A stretch of DNA of 64,000 nucleotides from Isurus oxyrinchus (GCA_026770705.1 JANJGN010000009.1:77004001-77068000); one strand, 5' to 3'; shown: positions 48,558 to 62,800, counted from the stretch's first letter. A program made the numbers and translations. Notes: generated from the letters alone by a model not told the origin.

Positions 48558-49770
48558 TGGGTACAGGATCTGATCTGTCCACTTTAGGCAGCTCCTCTGA
48601 GGAGAAAGGGAGGGCTAGAAGGAGGAAGAAGACAGGAGTGCACATTCAGCCTCCAGGGGAGCCACCTTTGGGAGGACAAGTGCAGGCACAAGGGGCGCAG
48701 GGCCAAGAGGTAGTCCAAGGTGGAAGGGGCCACAGAAGATGCCACTCTCCTGCTGCCAGGGTATACAGTTGGCGAAGCAGCTACCTCACTGAGGTGCAGT
48801 GCTGAAGGAGGCACCGACTGTCAAGGGAGACAGTCAACTATATCTGTCAGATGATTGGCTCTGAGATCTCCACTAATTGTATGGGCGGACACCCCATGCC
48901 AGTGGCTCTGAAGGTCACAGCTTCCCTCAATGTCTATGCCTCTGGTTCCTTCCAGGGCTCAGTGGGTGATTTTTGACGTGTCTCCCAATCAGCTGTCCAC
49001 ACTTGTATCAAGCAGGTCACAGATGCTCTGTTCATACAGGCATTGACCTTCATCCACTTCCACTCGGACGGGACCAGCCAGACAAAGCGAGCCAGAGGCT
49101 TTGCGGCCATTGCTGGCTTCCCCCGTGTCCAGGGTGCTATAGACTGCACACATGTGGCCATCAAGGCACCAGCAGGTGAGCCAGTGCCTTTGTCAACAGG
49201 AAGGGCTTCCACTCCATGAACATGCAGATAGTATGTGACCACATGATGCAGATTCTACAAGTCAGTGCAAGGTACCCAGACAGCTCCCACGATGCCTACA
49301 TCCTCAGACACCACCAGCTGCTGGGGCTCTTCAGTGCTCCAGCCCGAGTTGATGGATGGCTGCTGGGTGACAAGGGCTATCCCCTCAGAAAGTGGTTCAT
49401 GATTCCATTACACCATCCACAATAGGAGCCACGCCTCCACAAGGGATGTGGTGAAGAGAGCCATTAATCTTCTCAAGATGCACTTCCAATGTCTGGACCA
49501 TTCAGGGGGTGCACTTCAGTACCCCCTAGATTGTGTCTCGGTGATAATGGTTGCATACTGCGCTCTGCTTAATCTTTTGCTGGAAAGGGGGGATGCAGTG
49601 GATGATGAAGACATCGATGCAGTGGCTGCAGCTGCACATGATGAGTCCAGCAGTGATTCTGAGGATGAGCATGCACAGGGAAATGCTGAGGGGATAGACG
49701 CTGACCCGGGCATACTCCAGGGAGGCAGGGACACCCAGGATGCTTTATTCCAATGAACCTTCAGCCAGCA
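48558..49770 (+). pseudogene. Harbinger DDE transposase
   Basis: AGFPRVQGAIDCTHVAIKAP, NRKGFHSMNMQIVCD, YPDSSHDAYIL, GWLLGDKGYPL and LLKMHFQCLDHSGGALQY. Disrupted by stops and frameshifts. Confidence 0.92.
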
Positions 49771-50105
49771 CAACATAGATGGACCTCCAGGACAAGCCTG
49801 GGTTGCTGCCTTGATACTCAACACCTTAGTGCAAAATCTGCCAGGTCATCAGCACTAACTAAGGGTACATAAAGGTGAATGTCCAAAAAAACACTCATGA
49901 CACTTTTCTTAAACGTACACATGCAGAAGAAACGAGGCACCGTCAGCCATGGTGACACATCTGACATTTAACATGTGAATCAGAAGTTATCACAAATATT
50001 AAACAATAGTGGAAACAATCAAAAAGAAATCATAAGGACCTAATCTCGGGCCAACACAAAAACGCTAGTGAGAAACCCGTGGTGTGCCTAATGTGCCTTA
50101 TGCTT

Positions 50106-52339
50106 TCATTTCCGGGTGCTACGTCTTGGTGCTGCCCCATCGCTCAGAGTGGCATCTGAGACAGCCTGCTGACTCTGCTGCCTTGTTGGACTTGATGATC
50201 TTGGCGGTTGTCTTCTGGCCCGTGGAGCCTGTGCTGGCCCCGTTTGGGAGGGAGCTGCCTGTTCCACAGTTGGCATCTCCCCGGTCATTGCAGCCTCATC
50301 GGATGATATGATCACTGGGAGAGGGGCAGAGGAGCTGCCGCCCTCATCAGGTGCACCCTGAGAGGTGCCCACAGAGATGACAGGCAACTGCTGCATCAAC
50401 GTAAGGTCACCTTGGACCTCCCTGCTTACCGTGGATGGATGTGCTACGAGCTGGGAAACTTGATGCCCTGACCATTTCCCACATTGACAGTGACTAGCTG
50501 AGGTCAATGCCGATGTGATGGCTTGCAGGTCAAAGCGCATGCCCAGGAAGCCCTGATGGCTCTCCTGGAAGAGCATCTCCACAAGAGTCGCCACTCTCTC
50601 CATGGAGGACACACGGCACTCAGACATGTGGCTCATTGCTTCAGCGATCATCCACATAGACTCCTCCACCATGGAGACCAAGCCAAGCATAGCCGCATGT
50701 ATCTCCCCCAGATGCTCCAGCACACACGGCCGCATTTCCTGCCCTTGCTGCATCATAGACGACTCCAGAGACACATCATCAGGCACCAGCTGAGCATGTG
50801 CCTGGTCCCCTACAGTCCTCTGACTGCTGGCATCATGGGCACTCTCTGTCTCTGCCAGCTCCTCCAGCAACTGTGAAGTGTCCGCACACCACTGTGCCCT
50901 GGGACACTAGCTGATGTTCTAACTCCCACTGAGGTGCTTGTATCTGTGCTGGTGCCTGCCTCGCAGAAATGGTGTGACGCTAGTGAGACTTCAAGGCCCT
51001 CAGTTGTGAGAGGGGACAACTGCTGATCCTCCTCCCAGCCATGCTCTGTTGATGCTGAAAGGAAGAACAAGGACAGTGGATCAGTTAGCGTGCACACATT
51101 GACAAACTTCATCCCTGTCCCCTGGCTCATTATGCACTCAATCTTCCATAACCAATGGCCCAGCAATGTTGCAACAATAACTAATTTAACAATCATTAGT
51201 GCTTTGGCTGTTGGGAGGACAATGCAGACCTCACTGTTGGCCTTAAAAACCTGGCCGTGCCACCCCAGCCTCACCGACACCAGTAGGCCTGGGTGCACGG
51301 CACCTCTCCAGTTCAAAGGCCTCCTGCTCAAAACGGCTTAATATGGAGAGCTGTGCATGGCTGCCTCCAGTCCTCACACACTTTGCTGCTTTATGAGCAT
51401 TCTTCTCCTGAAAAAGAGAGAGGAGCATTGATTAGGGCAAATTGCACATGGGCTCTGCTCACGCATGCCACACCCCAACCAGAGTGGGACATATCAGGCC
51501 TCCAGGGCCTCCTCTCCCCGCTGCTGCTGATCACTCAGTCAACGATGCTAGGCCTGCTCCCCACCACCCCAACACATGCTGCCTACATCACATTAGGAAC
51601 CACACGGTATTTCCTCCCATAGCAAGGAGGCACAACCTTGTAGAGCAGTGTAGAGAGCAGCAGATGGTTCATTGCCACGACACTTTCAGGCTCCCCTTCC
51701 ACTATCTCATCACCCTGACTAGGACGTGGCCCGGATTTCTGAGTATGCACCTAAGTGCAGCTCCTCCAGGTTGTTTCCAAATCAGTCATGTGGGACTAAG
51801 ATCAACACATGGTGCGGGATAGAACTCATCTCCTCATGACCCACTCAGCATGGGCACTATCTGCTTGCCCACCCAGCAAAGGAAAAATGCCCTAAATGAT
51901 TCAATGCAGTCACGACAGTAAAACTTGGCGAGGGGGTTGGGGGGGGGTGGGTGGGGGTGCTCAGAAGGTAAAGCTACCTGCTGGGTTAAATGCCCAATGC
52001 CAACATGGTACTCACCCTGTCAGAGTGCAACAAATCGTTGAAGCGCTTGCGGCAGTGGATCCAGATGCGCTGCACCACATCGCGGGAGCTCACCACCTCC
52101 GCCACCTCCTCCCAGGCACATTTGGTCATGTAGGGGGGGCCTCCTCCTCCCATCCTGGAGGACCAGGACCTCCCGCCATGCTGGCACCTTCTTGAGGAAG
52201 GCAGCAAGGCAGTCATCAGAAAAACGAGGGGCGCATTGGCCCTCACTGCCCTATCCTGCAACCTGCCCTGCTCCTCTGGCCTACCCTGCAGCCTGGCCTG
52301 CTCACCCAAACCCCTCTGCTGCGGCCTAGAACTGGCCAT
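50106..52339 (-). pseudogene. Harbinger Myb/SANT DNA-binding partner gene, 3 exons (~52339-52016, 51407-~51251, 51054-50106)
   Basis: AWEEVAEVVSS..IHCRKRFNDL|gtgagt, then cag|EKNAHKAAKCVRTGG, then a long acidic/helical last exon ending RRSTRK*. Confidence 0.85.
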
Positions 52340-52631
52340 GGTGAGCAGCCTACAAAAAGCCATCATGAGCAGCCTACAAAAAGCTGCAGGCCTTCTTTTA
52401 AACAAATGCCAGGTTGCCATTGGACCTGGTGGTCTGAGCATGCCCGCCACTGCCCGCCCACTCCTGCTATCCTTGGGAGTCGACAAATACGTTGGGTGGG
52501 CCTTAATCAGGTCCGCACCTACCCGCACCTGTGCCCGCTCCCCCTCCCTCTCCCACTCCCCACCCCCCCACCCCCCCCCCACCCCCCCTCCACCACCCCC
52601 CCCACCTTCTTCCCCATGGAAAATCCTGGCC

Positions 52632-52890
52632 CTAGAAGGGCAAGGGCACATGGGAACACCACCACTTCAAAGCCACGCACCACTCTGACATGGAACCAAA
52701 TTGCCGTTCCTTGACTGTCACTGGGTGAAAATCCTGGAACTCCCTCCCTAACAGCACTGTGGCTATTCCTACATCACATGAACTGCAGCCGTTCAAGAAG
52801 GCAGCTCACCAACACCTTCTCAAGGGTGGTTAGGAAAGAGCAATAAATGCTGGCTTAGCCAGCGACACCCAGATCCCATGAAAGAATTTT
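52632..52890 (+). mobile_element. 3' tail of a Jockey/CR1-group LINE (other copies at 32760-32925, 39414-39565, 45655-45750)
   Basis: cctggaactccctccctaacagcactgtgg..gcaataaatgctggc matches 60180-60430. Confidence 0.8.
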
Positions 52891-54042
52891 TTTAAATCAA
52901 ACCAAAATCAACAAAACTTAAATATGAATTATCAGGCAAATTGTATTTAATAGGAACAATACATAACACTCTAAATAGTTGATACAACAATGATCACAGA
53001 TGTCTTCAGCATTTATGACATTAATCTCAGCTAAAGGATCTTTCACATCTCTGTACTTCCCCATTAGAGTTTCATTTCCTTTACTCATGCACGAGTTAGG
53101 CTCAAAGTCCCATCTGACAGCAGCTTTATGACACCTGAGTTCCACAGGTACAATTTCCACCCAAAGACACGCCTTTCCAGATCTTTATAGGCTTTGCTCA
53201 TGCAAGCAGCCTAGTTGGTGTTTTTTACCAGCTGCACCATGACTCTCTATCTGAGCTATCTCAAATGCACACAGCGCCTTACTGTCTGTCTGAACTGTTC
53301 TCCTCCTGCTGAAACACCTGGACTCCAAGAGTTTTTCTGTTCTGACTACTGCTGAAAAACTTAACTCCCAGTCCTGCATCTATTCTGACCACTGACTGAA
53401 ATTTGACTTCATTGCTTTGTGTCTTTGTTTCGCAATCAGCTTCAGTGTCCCTCGCAATCTAAGCCACTGATGTCACAGCCAGGAATTCCAATTTAAGGCA
53501 CCCTTACCAGAAACCTGTAAATCTATTTTCTTTTTCAATTAGGAACTGTCTCAAAAAACATAGGGTTTGAAATCAGTCAATGCAGAAAACAACTTGCAAA
53601 CTGTGAATTTCACCACAATTTGCTTTGCAATAATGATCTCTGGCAACTGGCAATGAGAAATTTAATTAATTGTTCCTTTCCCTATCCAAGGGAACTGAGT
53701 CCAATTGTAATGCCCTAACTTATGCCTTTGCTCTGATCAATCAATTTACCATATGCTGAGATTAAATCCAAGGGCCTTTGATTGCATGGCTTAGGTCTAC
53801 CTTTAACCATGAAATCATCATGAAACTATGAAACTATTCCTGCTTACTTTTATACATATATCTATCCTGATTAAATGGAAAATGAGTGACATCATTGTTG
53901 CCAATACCTCATGAACTTATATCACTACCTATTTTAAATGCATGGTTTATTTCATTTCCATTTTCTCTTTACTTTCCCAAACCACCAGCTTACAACAACC
54001 AGAACTCCGCCTATTACATTCTCACGTTTTAATTGAAATAGT

Positions 54043-54790
54043 GGGCAGAATCTTCTGGTCTCGCCAGCAACGGGAAGTTGACAGGTGGGGAACTTAATTT
54101 GGCGTGAGGCCAAAAATCTGTTTCCCAACGGCAGAATGAACTTTGCCAATTATGTTCTCTGGATTTTAAAGGCGGTCAAGCTTTCCAATGGACAAAGTTG
54201 GGAAGCCCTTTTTCATGCATTAACAAATCATGCAAGTTCATTAAAAAGCCACCTTACTGGAATGAAGTTTCCTCACCATATTAAGTTCCCTGCCAGTGGA
54301 AAATTGGAACATTCACATTTATGAATGCACATAAGTGGCATGCACCTAGTGAGGTAGATTGTCCCATGATTAATGGTGCATTGCATTGCCCTCTTTGGGG
54401 AGTGTCTGTTAATGCCAGCCCATACTCAAGAATGGGTGCAGTGCAAGTTGCATAGAGGACGACCAAGGGAGGGGGAAGGGTTAGTGGATAAGGGTGGAGC
54501 AGTGGCCAGGCAAAGATGGAAGGGATAATGCAGGCTGTCTGATTGCCCTTTAAATATGGCACCTCGACCTTCAACCCCATGAGATAACGGCATGGATGGC
54601 GACTTCCTGACTTCCCCTGTCATGAGATTCACCATGCTCTGCATGGCTGCACAGGTAATGAGCTGACAGGCGCAGGGTTACATGTGGTCAGCCATCCCAC
54701 CCTCCCAGTGGAAATCACTCCGGCTTCCACTGTCATGACCATGGATCATAGCCACAAATTACTCACAGCCATTAAATTTTTAAGTAAGAT
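54043..54790. mobile_element. Harbinger-type MITE fragment
   Basis: Starts gggcagaatcttc. Contains tttaaatatggcacc as in the other Harbinger copies. Second terminus not found. Confidence 0.5.
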
Positions 54791-54835
54791 GTATTTTTTT
54801 TTAAAAAGGACATATAAGCAAAAGCTGGCAGGGAC

Positions 54836-55831
54836 TGTAAAGTAACCACTTGCTGGAAAATTCATTTATGGATTACTTTTGACCAACTAGCCCATAGAAA
54901 AATGTGTCAAGGCCTACTTCGGGCAGAGACACTGCAAAGGAAAAGATGCAATGAAAAAACTGAACCGTAATCTCTTGTGGTTGTGGGGACAATGAAGGCT
55001 GATTACCATCTTAGTAGAAACCATCACCTCTAAGTTATATCCCAGGCTGTGGACAAGATATGAGTTGAAAAGAAAGCAGATGTGGGCAAAAGAAAGGTTT
55101 CTTTTTTCCCTTCCAGAAATACACAATAAAAGGGGTTAAAAAGCCAACTGCAATCCTGGTCTCTGTGTGCTAGGTTTGTGTTCCAGACCTTGTGTGCGAG
55201 GGTATGCTGTGAAGGTCACAGCTAAAGAAGAACAACTAGGCATCCCTGCGCCCACAGGTAAAATAACTCTTTCTTTCTGATTGCTGGAAGCAAGTCACAA
55301 GTCAGCAAAACCACAGTCGTAAAGGAAACAGGGCAACTCCTTTCAGCTAACCCGCAAGGCCAAGACTCTCCAAACTAACTGCTCAACTGCCCAAAGTCAG
55401 CTCTACTGGAATCATCCAACTTAACTGCCAAAACATTTAATCATCTCCTCCTCACAGACCAGCCAAGACTGATTCATATATATTTTTAACTTTTATTTCT
55501 GGACTCACTTTTCATTTCTAATCTATGTGTATGTGTGCTGCGTTTTTATTTTTTCTCACGTTTTAGTAACTAATAAACTCACTTTTTTTTCAACTCAAGA
55601 AAGCCTAGTTGAATTGGTTCCTTTTAAAACATAAATGCATTTGGACTGGGAAATTGAATCCACAAGGGAAGGGATCCTTTTTAAATTAACCTTGTTGCAA
55701 CCAACCAAGGGGAGTTGAACATAGAAGGGGAGCCAGTTCATCCCTCCTCACCCGGGTGCATAACAATTTGGGGTACCTCATCCGGGGTCATAACAAATTG
55801 GGGGAACCTTGTCTGGGGACCGGTCATAACA
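54836..55831 (+). mobile_element. LTR with tandem PBS-like/terminus units at its 3' end
   Basis: U5-like end cataaca occurs at 55765, 55795 and 55831, separated by tRNA-Pro PBS-like sequence. 5' boundary is uncertain because no TSD match was found. Confidence 0.65.
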
Positions 55832-56744
55832 CTGCCTCTGTCACCAAACTTAGACTTCAGAACAGAAGGTTCTGGCCAGTGATTCTTAGAAAGCATCCAT
55901 CCACTGAACTGTTTGGAAAAGGATTTTGCATGCTTAATCCAGAAAATACTAATTGACCTGAATGTCCTTCTGACTGACTTGCATGTTCAACTTTACTGAA
56001 TCGATGAGCTGGTGGTCCTCTTCCACCAAATAATGATTGCAGCACCCAGCCAACAACTATCACTAACTTGAAACAAGACTCATTTATTTTAATCTTAATT
56101 TCAGTCTTAAAAGTAAAGAAAGCTTCACCATTAAATGCAATCTTTCTCACTCTCTTTAATTATAACTCCCATTCCTGTGGCAGCTGTGCTACTACTCCCA
56201 GGTAACAAGCAGTCACATAACTCAGCCAGCACTAATATGCACATTCATTTCATTAGAGTTTGTGTTTAATTCACAACATTTTCTATTCAACAGCCTAATA
56301 ACCATTTGGATATCTGAGCTGATTTTCCCCAGGCTCCTGGAAAAACTAAACCACTTGTGTCCATCATAATCAGATGCTGCAAAATACTACTTGGACTGTG
56401 ACAAGCTGAGCTCACAACTCATTCATAAGAGCCAGCAAGGTAATTTTTGTGGTGATTGCATAAGCAGGTCATCCCCAACATCAAGGAACACATGCAGCCA
56501 GAAAAATTAAGTCACTATTACAACTTGAAAGTGTGTACTTTCATTTCAGTGCTGCAACTGGTACTGGAAATCCACCCTGCAATAAAACAATGTAGAATCA
56601 AAATTCTTAGACAGCACAATGAACAACCAAGATCAAATCACCCAATAACATACCTAGCTAAAGATTAATGCTGTCACTGGACATCCAATATGAATATCTG
56701 CTAATCTCTTGTTTTATCAAACACAAAACCATGGTGCACAAAAA

Positions 56745-57030
56745 AGATCTTATATATATGTAATGTCCCAAAACATTTTACATAAAATAATTACTTTTTG
56801 AAATGTAGTCAGTGTTAAATAGACAAAAGTGACAGCAAAGTCTCACAAATCAAGTCAAAGAATGACCAGTTAATCTGTTTTAGTGATGTTGCTTAGAGGG
56901 ATGAACCAGAAGGAAGCATTCCACCAATACTGCACTGAAGTACCAACCTAGATTATGTATTCATATCCTGTAATGGGAATTAATCTCACAACCTGTTGGC
57001 TCAAAGGCAGGAAAGCTACCACTAAACTAA
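56745..57030 (-). mobile_element. SacSINE1-like SINE, internally deleted
   Basis: Similar to 22345-22760 (aatactgcactgaagtaccaacctagattatg..aatctcacaacc). Confidence 0.55.
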
Positions 57031-57889
57031 GCTAGGGACTTAAATGTGCACGTAAGTTATAACCCATAAATACAATATTTGCTGTTTCTTTAATTTTGTA
57101 TTAGGAAATAAAGTAAATTTGAAAAAGGTTTTCATTAAACGTATTACAATGTTGTCATTAAGATTATTTAGGGCAGGATTTTTTGGATGGTGGGGTTTCT
57201 GCCAACCCCACTGATCACAGCAGCTCCACAGCCACTTAAGGTTCCGAGGAGCGTTAGTTGGCTGGATACAGGACTTTTGCCCCTCACTTGGGCTGAAATC
57301 CTGAGTCAGAAAGCTGACAGACAATCTGATCGGCTGGCGGATGTGTAGTCCTAGTAGCGTCAGTGGCAGAAGTGGCCTGGACCGGGACTACTGGCAATCT
57401 TCAGATTCTAAATCCTGGGCTCGAATTTTATGCGCTAGTAGCAGGTGCGTGCCCAAACTGTAAGAGCATAAAATGTTGCAAGAAGACGTCAGGCGTGCAC
57501 CCGATGTCATAGCACATTCGTGTAATATTTTGGTTGGCAGGCATGCGCGGAACTCGGAAGCGCGCCTACTAACAATTAATCAACCACTTAAGGCAATTAA
57601 AACTTCAATTAAATTCAATTTTACATTGCCCATGCTCATCGCATGGGCAACATAAGTGGGCAGTGAACTAGTTTTTTCATTTGTCTCATCTGAGGGCAGG
57701 ATCAAAGGGGGCCGGAGCATTGCCTGCGTGAGTTGTTAGGAATTCAGGTAAGGGTTTGCTGCTGCTTGTTTGCTCAGATTTCAGACCTTTTCCTTTGGTA
57801 TCTTCTGAAGTTTTTGCTTTGTTAGCTTTGTTTTAAGGACTCTTGTTTTGTCAACTCTCGGAGCATTTCTGTTCAGTGCAGCCTTCAGA

Positions 57890-60598
57890 GAATGGGACAG
57901 TGCCACCTGCATTTCAGCAGATAGGGATTGTGTACTCCACTGGGGGGGGGGGGGGGGGGACACTCCCAGGAGGAGGACAGGTGTCTGCAGGCATCATGGC
58001 AGGGAGAGACCTGTGGGAGGAGGTGCTCAGGCACAATGAGCAGCCAGCAAGGAGAGCAAGGTCAAAGGGCCCACAGAAGGTGTCACTATCCTGCTGCCAG
58101 AGTGTACAGGCAGCATTCCAGCTACCTCAACATGTCTGAGGTCCAGTGCCACAAGAGGCTCTGCCTCTCTAGAGACACCCACCGTAACATCAATATGCCA
58201 GATGATTGGGCTGGAGATTGCCTCCAACTGTATGGGAGGGCACCCAATCCCAGTAGCTCTGAAGGTCACAGTTGCTTCTGGATCTTTCCAGAGGTCAATG
58301 GGGGATCTGTGTGGAGTGTCCCAATCAGCTGTCCACAGTGTCAGACTTGTCACTGATGCTCTATTTAGACGGGTCTTCACACTCATTCACTATCAAACGG
58401 ACAAGGCCACCAGGCTGAGCGAGCCAGAGGCTTTGCAGCTATTGCTGTTGCCCCCACATCCAGGGTGCCATAGACTGCACTCATGTGGACAGCAAGGCAC
58501 TAGCAGGTCAACCGGGTTTCTTCATGAATAGAAAAGGTTAACACTCCATGAACATGGAGATGGTAGTCGACCACAAGACCCAGATTCCTCAAGTCTGTGC
58601 AACATACCCTGGCAGCTCCCATACATCCTGCAACACTCCCAAGTGCCAAGGCTGTTCAGGGCTTCAGCTTGGCTGGATGGTTGGCTGATGGGTGACAAAG
58701 GATATCCCTTGAAAGGGTGGCTCATGACGCCACTCTGACACCCCAGGACAGAAGCAGAAGAGAGATACAACAGAAGTCATGCCCCCACAAGGCGGGGGGT
58801 GGTTGACAGAACCATTGGTCTGCTGAAGATGAGGTTCCCCTGCCTGGGCCAATCATGGGGTGCTCTGCAATATCCTCTGGAGTGCGTGTCGCTTATTGTC
58901 ACTCTGCAAAATCTGGCATTGGCAAGGGGGGACCCCGTGGAGGGTGAACTTGCTGCACACCTAGCCACGCTGCTCCATTACAGCTACAACATTGGCATCT
59001 ATCCAGCAATGTGGAAATTTTCCCAGATATGTCCCGTACAAAAACCAGGAAAGATACAACCCAGCCAATTACTGCCCCATCAGTCTACTCTCAATTACCA
59101 TTAAAGTGATGGAAGGGATCATCAACAGTGCTGTCAAGCGGCACTTGCTTCGCAATAACCTGCTCATGGGCACCCAATTTGGGTTCCACCAGGAGCACTC
59201 AGCTTCTGACCTCATTACAATCTTGATTCAAACATGGACAAAAGGGCTGAGCTCCAGAGTTGAGGTGAGAGTGACTGCCCTTAATTTCAAGGCAGCATTT
59301 CACTGTGTGTAGCATCAAGGAGCCTAGAAAAACTGAAGTCAATGGGAATCAGAGGGGAGACTCTCCACTGCTTTGTTCTGGATAGTCATACCTAGAACAA
59401 AGGAAGGTGGCTGTGGTTATTGGAGGTCAATCATCTCAGTTCCAGGACATCACTGCAGGAATTCCTCAGGGTAGTGTCCTAGGCTCAACCATCTTTAGCT
59501 GCTTCAGCAATGACCTTCCTTCAATCATAAGTGGAGATGCTCGCTGATGATTGCATAATGTTCAGCACCGTTCATGACTCCTCAGATACTGAAGCAGTCC
59601 ATGCCCAAATGCAGCAAAACCTGGACAATATCCAGGCTTGGGCTGACAAGTGGCAAGTAACATTTGGACCACACAAGTGCCAGGCAATGACCATCTCCAA
59701 CAAGAGAGAATCTAACCATCGCCCTATGACATTCAATGGCATTACCATCACTGAATCCCCAACTATCAACATCCTGGGGGTTACCATTGACCAGAAACTG
59801 AACTGGATTAGCCATATAATTACTGTGACTACAAGAGCAGGTCAGAGGCTAGGAATTCTGTGGCGAGTAACACCTCCTGACTCCCCAAAGCCTGTCTATC
59901 ATCTGCAAGGCACAAGTCAGGGATGTGATGGAATACTCTCCATTTGCCTGGATGAGTGCAGCTCCAACAACTCTCAAGAAGCTTGACACCATCCAAGAAA
60001 AAGCAGACTGTTTGATTTGCACTCTTTCAACAAATATTCACTCCCTTCACCACTGACGAACAGTGACAGCAGTGTGTACCAGCTACAAGATGCACTGCAG
60101 AAGCTCACCAAGGCTCCTTAGGTAGCACCTTCCAAGCCCACCTACCATCAAGAAGGACAGGCGCAGCAGATAGATGGGAACACCGCCACCTGGAAGTTCC
60201 CCTCCAAGCCACTCACCATCCTGACTTGGCAATATATCGCCGTTCCTTCACTGTCGCTGGGTCAAAATCCTGGAACTCCCTCCCTAACAGCACTGTGGAT
60301 ATACCTACACCACATGGACTGCAGCGGTTCAAGAAGGCAGCTCACCACCACCTTCTCAAGGGCAGTTAGGGATGGGCAATAAATGCAGGCCTAGCCAGTG
60401 ATGCCCACATCCTGTAAATGAACTTTTTAAAAATGAGGATAGCGAGGCAGCTCCACAGGCCTCAGAGGAAGATTCTGCTGATGGATTAGAAGAGGTGCCC
60501 AGGCAGGCACAGGGTGAAGGTGTGGAAACAGACGTAAGGAACCTTCAGGGAGGCAGGGACACCAGGGGGGGGCCTTGATTCAGCACACCTTCAGCTAA
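57890..60598 (+). pseudogene. Harbinger transposase (pieces ~57890-58946 and 60433-60598)
   Basis: [42 protein letters not shown] and TIGLLKMRFPCL. Confidence 0.88.
58947..60432 (+). mobile_element. 5'-truncated non-LTR retrotransposon (Jockey/CR1 group) RT fragment plus 3' UTR
   Basis: NPANYCPISLLS..QFGF..ALNFKAAF, IPQGSVLG and ADDC, ending at gggcaataaatgcaggcc. Confidence 0.9.
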
Positions 60599-60959
60599 GC
60601 TGCCAAGACATGGCTTCACTCTCATGGCAAGGGCACCACCTCCTTACCACACATCCCTGAGGAAGAAATCCCATGACCCTAATGTTACCTCACAACTCTG
60701 CAATAAAGCTTGCTGTCCCTGCCGTTGATCATAAGGCACTGATGAGCTCTGCACCTATGGGAAACATGAAGGACACTTAGGGCATTGAAATGAAATCTAG
60801 ATTTATATCTTTTCCAGGATTGCAAATCAGTGCTCAAGCTCCTCAAGGACTCCTTCATAACATAATTTTGTTGCTACTGTCACACAAAAACAATACCTAA
60901 CACTGATGAAATGGAAGAATGTCACCCGTGACAACCCCATTCCTGTGCACATTGTGCCT

Positions 60960-62800
60960 TAAACTTACGCTTGCGAGTTCCACGTCTTGGTGCCCCCACC
61001 CCCGCCCCACCCCCTCATTGGCAGCGGCATTGGAGGAAGATTGCTGACTCTGCTGTCCTGATGACCTTGGTGGTTGTCCTCTGGCCAGCGGGGTCTGAGC
61101 AGGCTAAGCCTGGATGGGTGCAACCAGTGACATGGCTGGGTAATCCTCAGCCATCGTAGCCTTTAAAGATGCTGCAGTCGTCGGCAGAGGGATGGAGAAG
61201 CTGTCACCCTCTCCCGGAGCACTGTGAGAGCAATGTACAGAGACAACAGGCAGCTCATCCACCTGGCTGAGGCATGTTTGGACCTCCCTGGTCACTATTG
61301 ATGGACGGGCACCTAGCAGAAAGACTAGGCACCTCATCCATCTTTCACACTAGCAGTGACCTCCTGAGATATGTGGGGCAATGCAGGTCTGAGCACGACC
61401 CTAGGAGCTCTTGATTATGTTCCTGGAGCCGCCTCTTCATGAGAGTTGCCACTCTCCCAATGGAGGAGGCTGTACATTTGGTGCTCGGGGTCAAATCAGT
61501 GCTCAAGCTCCTCAAGGACTCCTCCATGACAGAGACCATGGCATGCAGATCCTCAGGGATCTCCACCAGATCTCCCCACACATTGCAAACATCCAGCATC
61601 TGCTGCCTGATGGACGACTCCAGAGGTTCATCATCTGCCTCGGACTCAGCATCGTCCTGGTCTCCAGCAGTCCTCCAACAGCTGATGCCCTGGGCACTCT
61701 CTGCCTCTATCAGCTCCTTATGTGAGTGTACTGTGGCCTTTCCACAGTGCACAACCATCTGAGCCAATGAAATACAGCCCATCGACATGCTTGTACCTGA
61801 GCTGGTGCCTGGTAGCGAGAGAGGGTATGACACAGATGGTTCTGTGTTTGGTTCCACCTCCAGTTTTAATTGAGGTTCATCAGGGTCCTGGGTGCCTCTG
61901 GACGATGGTGCATCTGAGGGAGGAAGACAATATGTCAGCGGTATCAACCATCACATCTTCAATGTGCATGCTAGGCGGCATAGTGAGACTGTGGGTAGCA
62001 ACATCACAGTGCCACCATCATTGCTGGATCATTGGGGGCTCTTGATTAGGAGTTAACTTTTGAGATGAGAGGACCCTATATTGTTTGCAGTCTCGCTTGT
62101 CCCACATCTGTCCACTGGACTCTTCCCTTCCTTCGAGCCGCCTACCTCTCCGTGACCAGATGACATTGTTGCGCGCTCACACTTGATTTGCAGGGTGTCC
62201 ATCTCACATCTGCTCAGGATGAGCAGGTTGGCCACCCAACACCCATTCTTACATGCTCAGCAGCATTCTAGTTTATCTTCTCCTGTACGGACAGAGGTCC
62301 ATTCACTTAGTCCACCCGCTACCTGCAACACCATACCAGGCACCCCCAAGGAAGCAGGTTGAAGTGCTCATCATATTTGCGCATCTGATCCTTATATGCA
62401 CCCAGGGCTACCAGTCTGATCTCCTAGCCTTTGTAGGCCAGGTACATGTGCTTTCTGCGACTCTGAGTCTTACACCCCTGAGCACCATGAGGGATGGCCA
62501 CCCTTTAAGAATTCTCCATACAGTACCATGCCAAATTGGTACTCACCTTTCTTGAGTGCCGAAGATCATTAAACTTTTTTCGGCACTGATTCCAGGTGCA
62601 GCGCACATTGTGCCCACCGACCTGGGCTGCCTCCTCTGCCCAGGTCTTCTTTGTTTGGTGGGATGGCCTCCTCTTGCCATCCCATGGTACCAGGATGACC
62701 CACCTGGCACTCACTGCCTCCATGAGAGTGTGCAGGCACTCGTCAGAGAAGCTGGCAGCAGAGTGCCCACCTGCATTGCCCTCCCGTCTGGCATTTTGAG
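60960..62800 (-). pseudogene. Harbinger Myb/SANT partner gene, 3 exons
   Basis: KTWAEEAAQV..TWNQCRKKFNDL..|gtgagt at 62547. Exon 2 starts ~62282. Last exon starts ~61913 and is homologous to 50106-51054. Confidence 0.82.

Larger units (their letters stand above)
48073..52631 (+). mobile_element. Near full-length two-gene PIF/Harbinger transposon (inactive)
   Basis: TIRs gggcaaaatttttc / gaaaatcctggcc with perfect CTA TSD. Inserted into a LINE tail that rejoins as cac-cta-gaagg. Convergent transposase (+) and Myb/SANT (-) genes. Confidence 0.93.

Noticed and set aside
48558-49770. Possible host HARBI1 gene
   Set aside because: Disrupted frame, enclosed by TIRs and a TSD, and several paralogous copies in the window: it is a transposon.
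52918-53400. Non-repetitive stretch with short ORFs, a possible exon or conserved element
   Set aside because: No convincing splice-bounded open frame or motif; conservation cannot be judged without alignments.
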